Shown: in pieces, positions 1-15,234 of the stretch
How the letters are laid out: each line of letters begins with the position of its first letter
Numbering within the stretch: position 1 is the stretch's first letter
Origin: Octopus sinensis
Lineage: Eukaryota
Length of the DNA stretch: 64,000 nt
Reading direction: 5' to 3'
NCBI RefSeq assembly: GCF_006345805.1
Contig: NC_043000.1
Coordinates: 79,856,001 to 79,920,000, forward strand
Position numbers and translations under genes: made by a program
Notes under the pieces: generated by a model
Seen by the model: only the letters and a program-made list of their open reading frames with translations
Database searches by the model: none
What the model was told of the DNA's origin: nothing

Positions 1-720
1 ATCACCACCATCATCACTACCACTTCCATTATCACCAATGTTATAAACCAACAACCCCCCTGCACCACCTATAGCTACCATGAACACTCTTAACATTACT
101 GTCACCACCTCATCACACTCACACACACACACACACACAAACACACACACGCACACACAAAGTGATACAAACTTATTTAGAACACAGGCTATTCTGAGTT
201 TGCTGCTCAATTAAACATTGAACATTTGTACTGTAAAAGAGATTGTATTACTTTATCATATATTTCACTGTGTACTGCAAACTCTATTTTTGTTTACATA
301 ATATTTATACAACATCGTTATCATCATTGGCGCCATCACTGCCACCATTACCACTGACACCACCACTACTACAGCCACCATAACGCCACCACTGCCACCA
401 CTACCACCAATGCCACTATCACAATCGCCGCCATCACCACTGCCATCATCACCACCGCCACTGCCACCATCACCACTACCACCACCGTCACTACTGCCAC
501 CACTGCTACTGCCACCACTGCAACTGCTACCATCACCTCTGCCATCGTTGCCCCTGTCACCATTGCCACTGTCACTATTGCCACCACAACCATCGCCTCC
601 ACCACCATCACCACTGCCACCATCACCTCCGCCATCATCATCATCATCATCACCACCACCACCACTGCTGCTGTCACCACTACCATCACCACCACCACCA
701 TCATCATCCTCATCCTCTTC
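1..720. repeat. Low-complexity (CAC/CAT/CTG)n trinucleotide tract with a (CA)n block
   Basis: Directly visible; explains the Gly/Asp- and Pro/Ser-rich pseudo-ORFs at 265-780. Confidence 0.95.
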
Positions 721-830
721 ATTGTTAAAGCATTTCACTTTTCCATGCTTGCATGGGCTGGATGAAATTTGTTGAGGCAAATTATCTAAGACCTGTTGCT
801 TCTGTTACTAACCCTCACCTATTTCTAAGC
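715..830 (-). mobile_element. Degenerate 3' tail of RTE-like LINE or RTE-tailed SINE
   Basis: ttttccatgcttgcatggg...gatg motif next to (CAT)n, the reverse complement of the 3' end of the RTE at 50070-50120. Confidence 0.6.
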
Positions 831-1034
831 ACGCTTACAATCTTGCATGTCCTTGTGTTAATATATTCACTAAAAATAAAGATATTGAAATAGGCATCTG
901 TAGACAATGGTAAATGAAACAACAATATAGAATACTTAACTTTAACTAGATTTGAACCTTTATCCTATTCCTGTATCTCATATCCCCACTAGCAATATAT
1001 CAAAAAACAATTGCTCGTTTTGCGATTAGTCAGT

Positions 1035-1470
1035 CATCATCATCATCATCATTGTTTAATGTCCGCTTTCCATGCTAGCATGGTTTGGACAATTTGATTG
1101 AGGTCTGGTGAACCAGATGGCTGCACCAGGCTCCAATCTGATCTGGCAGAGTTTCTACAGCTGGATGCCCTTCTTAACGCCAACCACTCTGAGAGTGTAG
1201 TGGGTGCTTTTACATGCCACCGGCACAAGGGCCACTCAGGTGGTACAGGCAACAGCCATGCTCAAGTTGTGCTTTTTATGTGCCAACTGCACAGGAGCCA
1301 GTCCAGCGGCACTGGAAACGACCTCACTTGAATATTTTTTCCCGTGCCACCAGCACAAGTGCTAGTAAGGTGACACAGGTAACAATCATGCTTGAATGGT
1401 GTTTTTTATGTGGCACCAGCATGGAAACCAGTTTGTTGCTCTGGCAACGATCACACTCAGATGGTGCACT
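1035..1470 (-). mobile_element. 5'-truncated RTE-like LINE 3' UTR with (GAT)n tail
   Basis: Reverse complement of 49850-50120 (gtccgctttccatgctagcatgg...ggatgcccttc.taacgccaaccactc.gagagtgtagtgggtgctttt). Confidence 0.85.
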
Positions 1471-1674
1471 CAAATATGTATTAGTGACAGAGTTAGTATT
1501 AATACCAAGAGGTAATATTTATTCTCACTTAAATGTGAATGTTCTGTTAGAACAAGCTATACTGCAGTAGATACCATGAGAGAAACTCTCATGTAGGCTT
1601 TGGTACTAAATGCACTTTTGTTTGTATCACTGGCAGGGAGATAAATCACCACGAAAAAGAAGTCCAGTTCTATA

Positions 1675-1846
1675 TTTAAGAGATCAGGAATTATGTACAT
1701 TATTTACATTATTTACAATTGATGGATATTTGTCCTCATCTTGTTTGTTGTTAACTCAACATTTCGGTTGATATACCCTCCAGCTTTCTTAATGTGTCTT
1801 GGGGAAATTTCGAACCTAGGTTCTCATTCTTAAGGTATTTTTTTGA

Positions 1847-1903
<57 letters not shown>

Positions 1904-1998
1904 CATTATTATTATTATTATTATTATTCAGGTCACTGACTGGAATCAAACTTGGAATCTTGGGGTTAGTACCCCATGCTCTTAACCACTACGCCATA
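1675..1998 (-). mobile_element. tRNA-headed SINE-like element with internal (AAT)n and a hammerhead-like tail (left copy of inverted pair)
   Basis: Minus strand begins ggcgtagtggttaagagc...ccaagtttgattccag (A/B-box-like), then (AAT)n, then a tail that is the reverse complement of 3395-3521. Confidence 0.75.
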
Positions 1999-1999
1999 T

Positions 2000-3328
2000 A
2001 ACATAGTGGTTAAGAGTGCAGGCTACTAGCCTCAAGATTCCGAGTTTGATTCCAGGCAGTGACCAGAATAATATTAAGTTGTCAAGAAAGTTCTTGTGGT
2101 TTTTAACCTTTAAATTCAGATGCACATATCTCGGCTCAAACAAAACTTTATTAATTGAAATCAACACCATCAGAATCAACACACTTTTGCCAATATGAAA
2201 CAAGTTTATTTATGCCAGTAGTATAAAAATCCTGCATTCTGATCTCAAAGAAGTCGTTGAAGGCATGTTTGGCATTGTCTTGGTTTTTTAAGCATTTCTC
2301 ATGCAGGAAGATGTTGAGAAGCTTGAAAAAGTGGTAGTCGGTAGGCAAGAGGTGAGTATGGTGGATGAGGCAGAGTTTCGTAGCCCAATTCGTTCAACTT
2401 CTGCAGAGTCAGTTGTGCAACGTGTGGCCGAACGTTGTCATGGAGAAGAATTGGTCCTTTTATTTTGACCAATGCTGGCTGTTGTTGTTGGAGTTTCTTA
2501 TGCATTTCATCTATTTGCTGACAGTACTTCTCCACCGTACTGGTTTCGCCTGGATCCAAAAAGCTATGATGGATAAGACCGGCTGCAGACCACCAAACAG
2601 TCACCATGACCTTCTTTTGGTGCAACTTTGGCTTTGGGAGGTGCCGTGGAGCTTCATCCAACCACTGAGCTGAGCATTGCCAGTTGTTGTATAGAATCCA
2701 CTTTTCATCACAAGTCACAATCCAGTTGGGTAACGGGTCGTTCTTGTTGTGTAACAGAAGGGAAGATGACACTTCAAAACGCTGTTTTTGTTTTTGGTTG
2801 TTGTTCAATTCGTGCAATACCTATTTCTCAAATACTTTTGTTTTTCCAATCTCTTTCAAGTGGTTACGTCTAATTCAGAAGCAAGCTCTCGAACAGTTGT
2901 GCGTGGATTGACTTCAACTAAGGCTCTCAGTTGATCGTTGTCAACATGCAATGGCCAACCACTATGCTTATCATCTTCAAGACTCTCATCACTGCTATGA
3001 AATTTCTTGAGCCACCATTGTGCCATACGTTCATTAGTGGTTCCTGGGCCAAATGCATTGTTAATATCGTGAGCTGTTTCAGCAGCTTTTCGGTCTAGCT
3101 TGAACTGGAATAAGAAAATTGTATGAATTTACTTTTTGTCCATGTTGTATTCAACATTCTGGAAAAAATGGCCTAATTATTCAAAATGGGAAATAGTAAC
3201 ATGAATAGATAGAACGAAAAATGGGCTTTAAAATGATATATAAAGTCAAAGTAATGTAACGAACATCATTTTGAAAATATATAATTTAAAACCAAAATTT
3301 AAAATTCCGCAAGAACTTTCTTGATAAC

Positions 3329-3386
<58 letters not shown>

Positions 3387-3521
3387 TAATAATAAAAACC
3401 CAGGTTCGAAATTTCCCCATGACACCTGATGAAGCCTGGAGGGTATATCAGCCAAAATGTTGTGTTAACAACAAACAAGATGAGGACAAATATCTGTTAA
3501 TTGTAAATAATGTAAATAATG
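2000..3521 (+). mobile_element. tRNA-headed SINE-like element with hammerhead-like tail (right copy), split by a mariner insertion
   Basis: Head catagtggttaagagtgc...ccgagtttgattccagg at 2002-2070; (AAT)n resumes at 3333; tail contains gacacCTGATGAagcctggagggtatatcagccaaaatgttgtgtt at 3421-3466. Confidence 0.75.
2074..3332 (-). mobile_element. Full-length decayed mariner (Hsmar/SETMAR-like DD34D) transposon
   Basis: TIRs of about 26 bp (ttaagttgtcaagaaagttcttgtgg / ccgcaagaactttcttgataacataa), TA on both sides, length about 1.26 kb. Transposase remnants WIVTCDEKWILY, VMVTVWW, ILLHDN, HPPYSP and PTDY, interrupted by frameshifts. Confidence 0.95.
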
Positions 3522-3737
3522 AAAAAGAAGTCCTTTTCATAAACACAGTACAGAATACTAGGTTTTTTGACTGGATTCAAACAACTTTCCTGTAACTCTG
3601 TCCTGGAAGAAACACTAAATTGAAAGGTTAATCTCTCTTGAATAGAATAGATGACATTCTTATACTCCAAGATTATCTGGCACCTCATTCATTGAGACAA
3701 CGAAATGAGCTAAGATAATGTAGAATAAGATGTTGTA

Positions 3738-3894
3738 GGCCTAGGTGTGGCTGTGTGGTAAGAAGCTTGCTTCTCAACCTCATGAGAACCTTTAGGCTCA
3801 GTCCTATGGTGTGGCACCTTGGGCAAATGTCTCCTACTATATAGCCAACCACTCATAAGGCTGATCAAAGTCTTGTGAGTGGATTTGGTAGACA

Positions 3895-3943
<49 letters not shown>

Positions 3944-4140
3944 TCTCCCACCACTGCTTGACAACCAGTGCTAGTGTGTTTATATCCTCGTAACATAGTG
4001 CTTCAGCAAAAGGGACTGATAGAATAAGTACCAGGCATGAAAAAAAAAAAGAATGAAATAAGTCTGGGGTCAAAACATTTGAATAAAAATTCCTCAATGT
4101 CATTTCCCAGCATGGCCACAGTAAAACAAATAAAAGATAA
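3738..4140 (+). mobile_element. tRNA-derived SINE, family A (CORE-like domain, internal (GT)n)
   Basis: gtggctgtgtggtaagaagcttgc...ggcaccttgggcaaatgtct...gtggatttggtagac...ataagtaccagg...ccagcatggcc; same layout as copies at 20490, 24520, 29315, 55125 and 58985. Confidence 0.9.
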
Positions 4141-4266
4141 CAGAAATTCTGTAAAATGCTTGCAGCTAATAATACCCCATATTTGCTCAGTCACCAAACC
4201 TTTATGAATGAAATTTTGCACAGATTTAATATTTATACATATTTAATTTTGGAAAATATTTTCCAG

Positions 4267-4405
4267 GAATTAAAACAATGTTTGAGTTATACAAAAAATG
4301 AAATGAGGATTTTTGAAAGGAAAACCTCTGAACAATTAGTACATTCAAGAAGGGTAGTAGAACAGTATTCCCAAATTTCAAGAGTTGAGTCTTCTACAGT
4401 ATCAG
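4267..4405 (+). CDS. Internal coding exon of a putative kinesin-14/KIF25/KIFC-like gene (coiled-coil stalk)
   Basis: Acceptor ttttccAG|GAATTA and donor TCAG|GTAAG. Open frame ELKQCLSYTKNEMRIFERKTSEQLVHSRRVVEQYSQISRVESSTVS. The 139-nt exon ends in phase 1 (G), which joins the AA starting exon 27658 to form GAA (E) in frame. Confidence 0.7.
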
Positions 4406-4699
4406 GTAAGGATGCAACTTATTAATTTGATGTTTTTCACAAGTACATGTAGTGGTACAGCTTGTTGAAGTAAATGTTGACTGTAGAAAGGTTGATAACT
4501 GGACTGAAAATATTTTGAAATGGAAGTTAACAGAAACAGGATGAAGAAATATTGATTTGGCTCTTGTTGTCACATTCTGACTGTAAATCCTGTTAGGATC
4601 AACTTTGTATTTCATGATTTTAGTGTTATTAAAATAGCCTCCTATGCAAGTACTGGTTTTCAATTTAATCAAATATATTCCTCATTCAAAATGTCTTAC

Positions 4700-5050
4700 C
4701 TTACCTTCCATCCTTTCGGCATTGATAAAATAAGTATGAGTTGAGTACTGGAGTCAATGTAATTGATTTACCTCCTCCCCAGAAATTGTTGGCCTTGTCC
4801 TAAAATTTGAAACAATTATTATTATTCTTATAATTATTAAAGCTGTGAGCTGATATAATCATTAGCATGCTGGGTGAAATGCTTAGTGGCATTTCATCTG
4901 TCTTTACATTCTGAGTTCAAATTCTGTTGAGGTTGACATTGCTTTCAGTGTTTTAGGGTCAATACAATAAGTACCAGTTGAGTACTGAGGTTGATGTAAT
5001 CGACTTATCCCTGTCCCCGAAATTGCTGGCCTTGTGTTAAAATTTGAAAC
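4700..5050 (+). mobile_element. tRNA-derived SINE family B (Nin/Deu-like central domain): one partial and one near-full copy
   Basis: gagctg...gaaatgcttag...ttctgagttcaaatt...ataagtaccagttgagtactg...ggccttgtg..aaaatttgaaac followed by (ATT)n. Confidence 0.85.
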
Positions 5051-5089
5051 CATTATAATTATTATCATTATAATTATTATTATTATTAT

Positions 5090-7549
<2,460 letters not shown>

Positions 7550-7569
7550 CATCATCATCATCATCATAA

Positions 7570-7622
<53 letters not shown>

Positions 7623-8140
7623 GAGTGAGAGAGCAGTGCATGCCATCAAAGTGACACTGGGGTATCATGACTACCTGTCAGATAGGTGTACACCAGGCAT
7701 ATGCATCACAACCAAATGTGCGCGACATGGTGATCTCATATCAAGATAAACAGCACATGACCTTGTGGGGCCCAGTTAGAATTTTCTTTTTGGTCGAGTA
7801 GCCCATCCCACACAAAAGGTCCCTGAATAAGGATTGTTTAAGGATGATGAACGAACCACCCATGTTTCCAAAGGAGAATTATCCAAACCTCCAAGAATTC
7901 CTTTCAACATACGGCTATGATGCTCCCCAACTACTTCTGCTTGTGATCAGAGATGCACATATCGTCAGGACATGGTCAACTGGTTAAGGTCAAACAACTG
8001 ACAAGCAAATCTGTGGTATTGAGCAGAATATTCGCTGTATTCCATCTTTTATACCAAGACAAAACAATGTGCATGATAACACTTCCAATCAGTTAAGATC
8101 AGAAGCTGTGAGAGCCACTGTCTGGTACTGCATCAGGGCA

Positions 8141-8142
<2 letters not shown>
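7623..8142 (-). mobile_element. Non-coding repeat of about 520-550 bp embedded in (AAT)n
   Basis: Second copy with the same two ends at 38998-39548 and a partial inverted copy at 11650-11790; no ORF seen. Confidence 0.8.
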
Positions 8143-8203
<61 letters not shown>

Positions 8204-8224
8204 CAATAATATTAATACACCAAC

Positions 8225-9825
8225 TTGTTGTTTTTGTACATCAGGTGGAACCTGAAAAAGTCAATGAGTCTTTGGCTGAAGAGAAAGGTTACCGATGTGG
8301 GAAGAAAGGCCCATCTTTGAATTATCTTCTGTTTATGGAGGTCCTGAAATTGTTTGGAGAATCTGAAAAACAGATAGATTTGTTAACCAAAACAGTCCAG
8401 AAGTGTGATAGGGACATTGGTATGGAATTTGGGATTACCAAATGCTCAGTATTTACTATGAAAAGAGGAAAGAAAGCAGCCCGTAGAGAGACCATGGGTG
8501 AACCCAACGGTAGATATTTAGGGATTTTGGAGCTGGATGACATTCTACACAGAAAAATGAAAGTGAAGGTCAGCAAGGTGTATCAAAAAAAGGTGAAGAT
8601 GGTGTTGAAATCCAACCTGAATGCCAAAAATTTAATTACTGCAATGAATATCTGAGCAGTTGCAGTGGTCAGATATAGTGTGTCCATCCTGAAATGGACT
8701 AAGGAGGAAATATCAAGACTGGATAGAAGGACAAGAAAGTTGACGATGCTGCATGGGGTGCTACACCCTAAAGCAAATGAAAACAGACTGTATATGAAAA
8801 GAAAGAACGGTGGCAAAGGATTAATTAGTATAGACCATTGTATAAGGAGTGGAAGGAGAATGCTTGCTGAGTATTTGATAAATAGTGATGAAGACATGCT
8901 GCAATATGCTGCGAAAGATATGGGTGTAAATGTAGATGAAATGATGGTCAAGGAAGGGTCTAACCAAAGAGCTGAGGAGAAGAAAAACGAAGACTTTCTT
9001 AAAATGAGAATGCATGGACAGATTGAAAGGTGTACACAATATTTTAAGGATAATACAGCATCGTGGGCATGGCCTGAGTGAAGTGATTTGAACCATACCA
9101 CCAAAAGCCTGGTCATTGTTGCACAAAACTAGACTCTCGCTACCAATTCGGAGAAGTATAACATCTATAAAACTTCTGACACCCAGAAATGCAGACTCTG
9201 TGGAGAGAGTGTGGAAAATGTGACCCACTTGGTAAGTGGATGTGAAAGCCTTGCACAAAAAGAATACAAGCGCCGCCACAATAAAATGTTTGTGTATCTT
9301 CATTGGCTCTTATGCCGCAAATGCTGATATGAAGTAACAGAGAACTGGTACGAACATGTGCCAAGTAAAGTTATGCAGGATGATGGAAAAATAATGATAT
9401 TCTAGGCCTATGATTTTCATACGGATCGTGTAATCGAATACCATCAGTTGGATATTGTCATATTGAATAAGAGAGACAAATACTGTCAGATCATTGATGT
9501 AGCCATACCAAATGACATGAATGTTGTGAGTAAAGAGGTTGAAAAAATCACCAAGTACTCCGAATTGAAAGTGGAAATGGCAAGATTGTATGGAATGTTT
9601 AAGTGATACCAGTGGTGATTGGAGCATTGGATTCAATCCTATTGAAACTTCAAGACTTCTTAAGGCAACTGGAAATCCCATGTAAGATTGATGTCTTGCA
9701 AAAAGCAGTCTTATTGGGCACAAACCACATCTTAAGAAATGTATTATCTGTCTGAGGTCCGTATTGTAACTTGACAGATGACTAAAGACTCTGGTGCATT
9801 TTTACCTATACTGTATTATGAAGGA
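8225..9825 (+). mobile_element. Decayed R4/Dong-like non-LTR retrotransposon, 3' half
   Basis: LNYLLFME(DD decayed)LKLFG, IGMEFG, YLGILE, LDRRTRKLTMLHGVLHPK, CRLCGESVENVTHLVSGC, DVAIP; ends in (AAT)n. Confidence 0.9.
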
Positions 9826-10019
9826 ATAATAATAATACTAATAATAATAATAATGATAATAATAATAATGATAGTTCTTGATTTAGGTACAAGGCCAGCA
9901 ATGTTGATAGGTGAGGTTTAGTTGATATCATTGGACAGTATTTTATCATATCAATCTAGGAAGGATGAAAGGTGTTAATAGGATTTGAACTCAGAATATA
10001 AAAAGCCAGTAAACAACAA

Positions 10020-11430
10020 CAACTAAAATAGCAACAGAAACAATGATAATAACAGTAACCTAACCTGTAACAGAGCAAAATGAATTTAAAGAAAGTAATG
10101 TAGCTAAGAGTGGTCACAAAAATGAGGACAGAAACTGGTAAAGGACTGGGGATATGAAGAAAGTCACTGAAGGTGTTATAAAGATATCGGAACTTTACCT
10201 TTTGACCAACTGATTTAAAAAATAATTTTTTGTAACTAAACACTTTCACACTTCGGACACTGGTAGAATGTGTCATATAAAACATCTTTTACTCTTAGAA
10301 TTTTTGAGGAAAACTTATATTTACAAAGTTATTTCAAGTTAAAGTAGTCCTATTTCAGTAATTTCAACCAATCAATGATGTATATTCAGCTGAATAAAAT
10401 TACTGCTGCTGTTTGTCAACAAGAACTTCCAGTGGTGTATATTTCAGTTGTCACTGTTATTTATGACAATCCTAACCCTAAACCCTAACCCTAACCCTAA
10501 AACTTTAACCCTAACCCTAACCCTAAAACCCTAACCCTAACCCTAAAACTTTAAAGCTATAACCAGTACAAATGCACGAACGATGTCATAAATAACAGCG
10601 ACAATTGGAAAATACACTGCCGATAGTTGTTGATAAACAATGGCAGTAATTTTATTCAGCTAAATACACATCATTGACTGGTTGAAATTACTGAAATAGG
10701 ACAACTTTAATGTGAAATAACTTCGTAAATTTAAGTTTTTCTTAAAAATGCTAAGAGTAAAAGATGTTTTATACGACACATTCTACCAGTGTCCGAAGTT
10801 TGAAAGTGTTTAGTTTCAAAAAATTATTTTTTAAATCTGTCAAAAGGTAAAGATCCAGATTTCCTAAGAACAGGTCATTAAGTTACGAGCAATCAGAAGA
10901 GATAAGGAAGGTATAAGTGTTAAAAAGAAGAGATTGTAGCCACTTGATATCAGAGAATAAGAACTTGGTGCAGAAACAATACAAATACAAGAGACATGAT
11001 AAAACTGTAAAATTTTATACACTGGCAAGTGTGAGAACACTACGAAAAGTGTTATAATTGTTGAAAAATTAAGAATTATTTGGGTCATGAAAATCACAAA
11101 ACTGATAAAAAAAATTGGAACATTCAAGACCAGATTACATTGTTCTCAGGAAAGTTACTAGAATTTGCATCATTATAGATGAAGCCAGCTCATTTGAACA
11201 CAAGATAAAAGGAAGATAACATGAAAAGATAGATAAATAGCCAGATATAAAGTAGGGATTAAAAAGGGTTTTGGAACTGCAGAGAATAATTCTTGTTATA
11301 ATAGGAGTACTAAGTACAGTGTCTGAAAATATCACCAAATAGCTTTCTATGTTTGCTGTAATAATTGTGAAATTATAGACAGTATGTCTTCTCTGTAAAG
11401 TTAGAACCTTAAGGTATATTCTGAATATTT
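10020..11430 (+). mobile_element. Highly decayed RLE-type (R4-like) LINE fragment, interrupted by a MITE
   Basis: Remnant PDYIVL (~11130) and IIGVLSTV (~11300) motifs typical of the RLE C-terminus. Confidence 0.55.
10189..10856. mobile_element. MITE/fold-back DNA element with TIRs of about 280 bp and a central (CCCTAA)n tract
   Basis: 10189-10468 is the reverse complement of about 10583-10856 (ggaactttaccttttgac / gtcaaaaggtaaagatcc); flanks agatatc and agatttc; core cctaaccctaa repeats at 10470-10550. Confidence 0.9.
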
Positions 11431-11789
11431 GAAGATATTTGCAGCTGTTTGATGTTCAGTGAAGAAAACTGGCGGAACCCATAACACTACTGTTTTGTAA
11501 AATAAATAAATAAATAATCATCACCATCATTACCAGCATCATAAACATTTACCATCTGTTTACCTTGCTGGCATGGGTTAGATGGCTTGACAGAAATTAG
11601 CAAGGTCAGGGGCTACAGTCCATTTTGGCTTGTTTATACAGCTGGATGCCCTTGAGATCACCATGTCATGCACATATGGCTTTGATGCATGTGATGGGTG
11701 GTCATAATGGGTTATGATGGGTATATTAGACTTTGTATATCTGTACTTCAGTGTCATTTTGATGGTATGTATTGCTCTCTCACTCAATA

Positions 11790-12016
11790 ATAATAATGAT
11801 GATTTCAAATTTTGGCACAAAGCCAGCAATTTTGAGGAAGGGGCTTTGTTGATTAAATCAACCCAAGTGTTCAACTGGTACTTATTTTATCGACTGTAAA
11901 AAGATGAAAGACAAAGTCAACCCTAGTGGCATTTGAGCCCAGATCGTAAAGATGGATGAAATGCTACTAAGCACTTTTCCCGGGGCACTAGCAATTCTGC
12001 CAGCCGGCTGCCTATG

Positions 12017-12064
<48 letters not shown>

Positions 12065-12200
12065 GTTTCAAATTTTTCCACAAGGGTAGCCATTTTTGGG
12101 GAGGAGATGTGTCGATTACATCAACCCCAGTGTTCAACTGGTACTTAATTTATCGACCCCAAAAGAATGAAAAGCAAAGTCGACTTCAGTGGAATTTGAA
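11790..12200 (-). mobile_element. Two SINE family B copies separated by (AAT)n
   Basis: tttcaaattttggcacaa.gccagcaatttt...caactggtactta.tttatcgac...gatgaaag.caaagtc. Confidence 0.85.
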
Positions 12201-12594
12201 ATATAATAATAATAATAATTATAAATTCTTACAAGTTCAGAAATTCTAAAGATTATGTAGAAGAAACATGCAATTGCATTAACCCAAGTTCATGATAGGT
12301 ATTTATTTTTGTTCAACACTATGCCACTCTTACCATAAAAATAACCTTTTGAAGTTGGGTATGGTGTTATATAGTTGATAAAATGAACCACAACATTTTA
12401 TCGTTACTTCTTTTATTAACCTCCAGAGAGAAAAAGGTAAAAAAAGGACCTATGAAAGGCGGGATTTGAAATCCTAATGTAAAGTAATTTAATGAAACAC
12501 CTCAGCAAGGCCTTTTGTGTATGCTGCCCTATTGATTCTGCCTGATGTTCCACTGATTGTGCCATCCACTGTCCTTTTCCTTCAAAATAATAAT

Positions 12595-14617
<2,023 letters not shown>

Positions 14618-14620
<3 letters not shown>

Positions 14621-14784
14621 TCATCATCATCATTGTTTAACGTCCGTTCTCCATGCTAGCATGGGTTGGACGGTTCGACCGGGGATCTGGGAAGCCAGAA
14701 GGCTGCACCAGGCTCCGGTCTTATCTGGCAATGTTTCTACAGCTGGATGCCCTTCCTAACGCCAACCACTCCGTGAGTGTAGTG
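14618..14784 (-). mobile_element. RTE-like 3' tail, 5'-truncated at the inverted-duplication breakpoint
   Basis: (CAT)n-gtttaacgtccgttctccatgctagcatgggttggacgg...gccaaccactccgtgagtgtagtg. Confidence 0.85.
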
Positions 14785-15044
14785 ATAGTGATGATGATCA
14801 TAATCATAATGACACATAAACACACATACGGTTAGATAGAAAGGTAGACAAACAGACAGACATATTTATGTATATATTTATACAAATATGATATGTGTGT
14901 GTACGAAATTTTCTATGCATAGAGGAATGTGTTTAATATAACAAAAAAATCTACATTTGGATTAAAAGAAATGTGTGTGAATCTGTGTAAATCTCTGTAT
15001 GAATAAATAAGTCTATGATTGTATCAAGGGATATGTATATTTTC

Positions 15045-15050
<6 letters not shown>
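14782..15050. repeat. Near-identical inverted copy of 19465-19730
   Basis: By eye only about one substitution and one dinucleotide indel over roughly 265 bp. Confidence 0.92.
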
Positions 15051-15089
<39 letters not shown>

Positions 15090-15234
15090 TATATATATAT
15101 ATATTATAATATATATATATATTATATACATATATATATACATATGTATATATACATATGTGTATATACATATTATATATAATATATTTATTTATATATA
15201 ATATATATATAATTTTAATCCAAACGGGAAACAA

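Noticed and set aside
265-780. Gly/Asp/Ser-rich 171-aa ORF with hydrophobic tail (glycine-rich structural protein?)
   Set aside because: Translation of a trinucleotide low-complexity tract that is open in several frames, overlaps an RTE tail, and has no splice or homology evidence.
1930-2070. Functional tRNA genes
   Set aside because: A/B-box-like heads lack an acceptor stem and run into (AAT)n and a repeat tail, so they are SINE heads.
2299-2817. Host SETMAR gene
   Set aside because: Intact TIRs, TA flanks and multiple frameshifts show it is a dead mariner copy; no SET domain is present.
10470-10550. True telomere or chromosome-fusion site
   Set aside because: Short, single-orientation tract enclosed by MITE TIRs; no head-to-head TTAGGG/CCCTAA junction.
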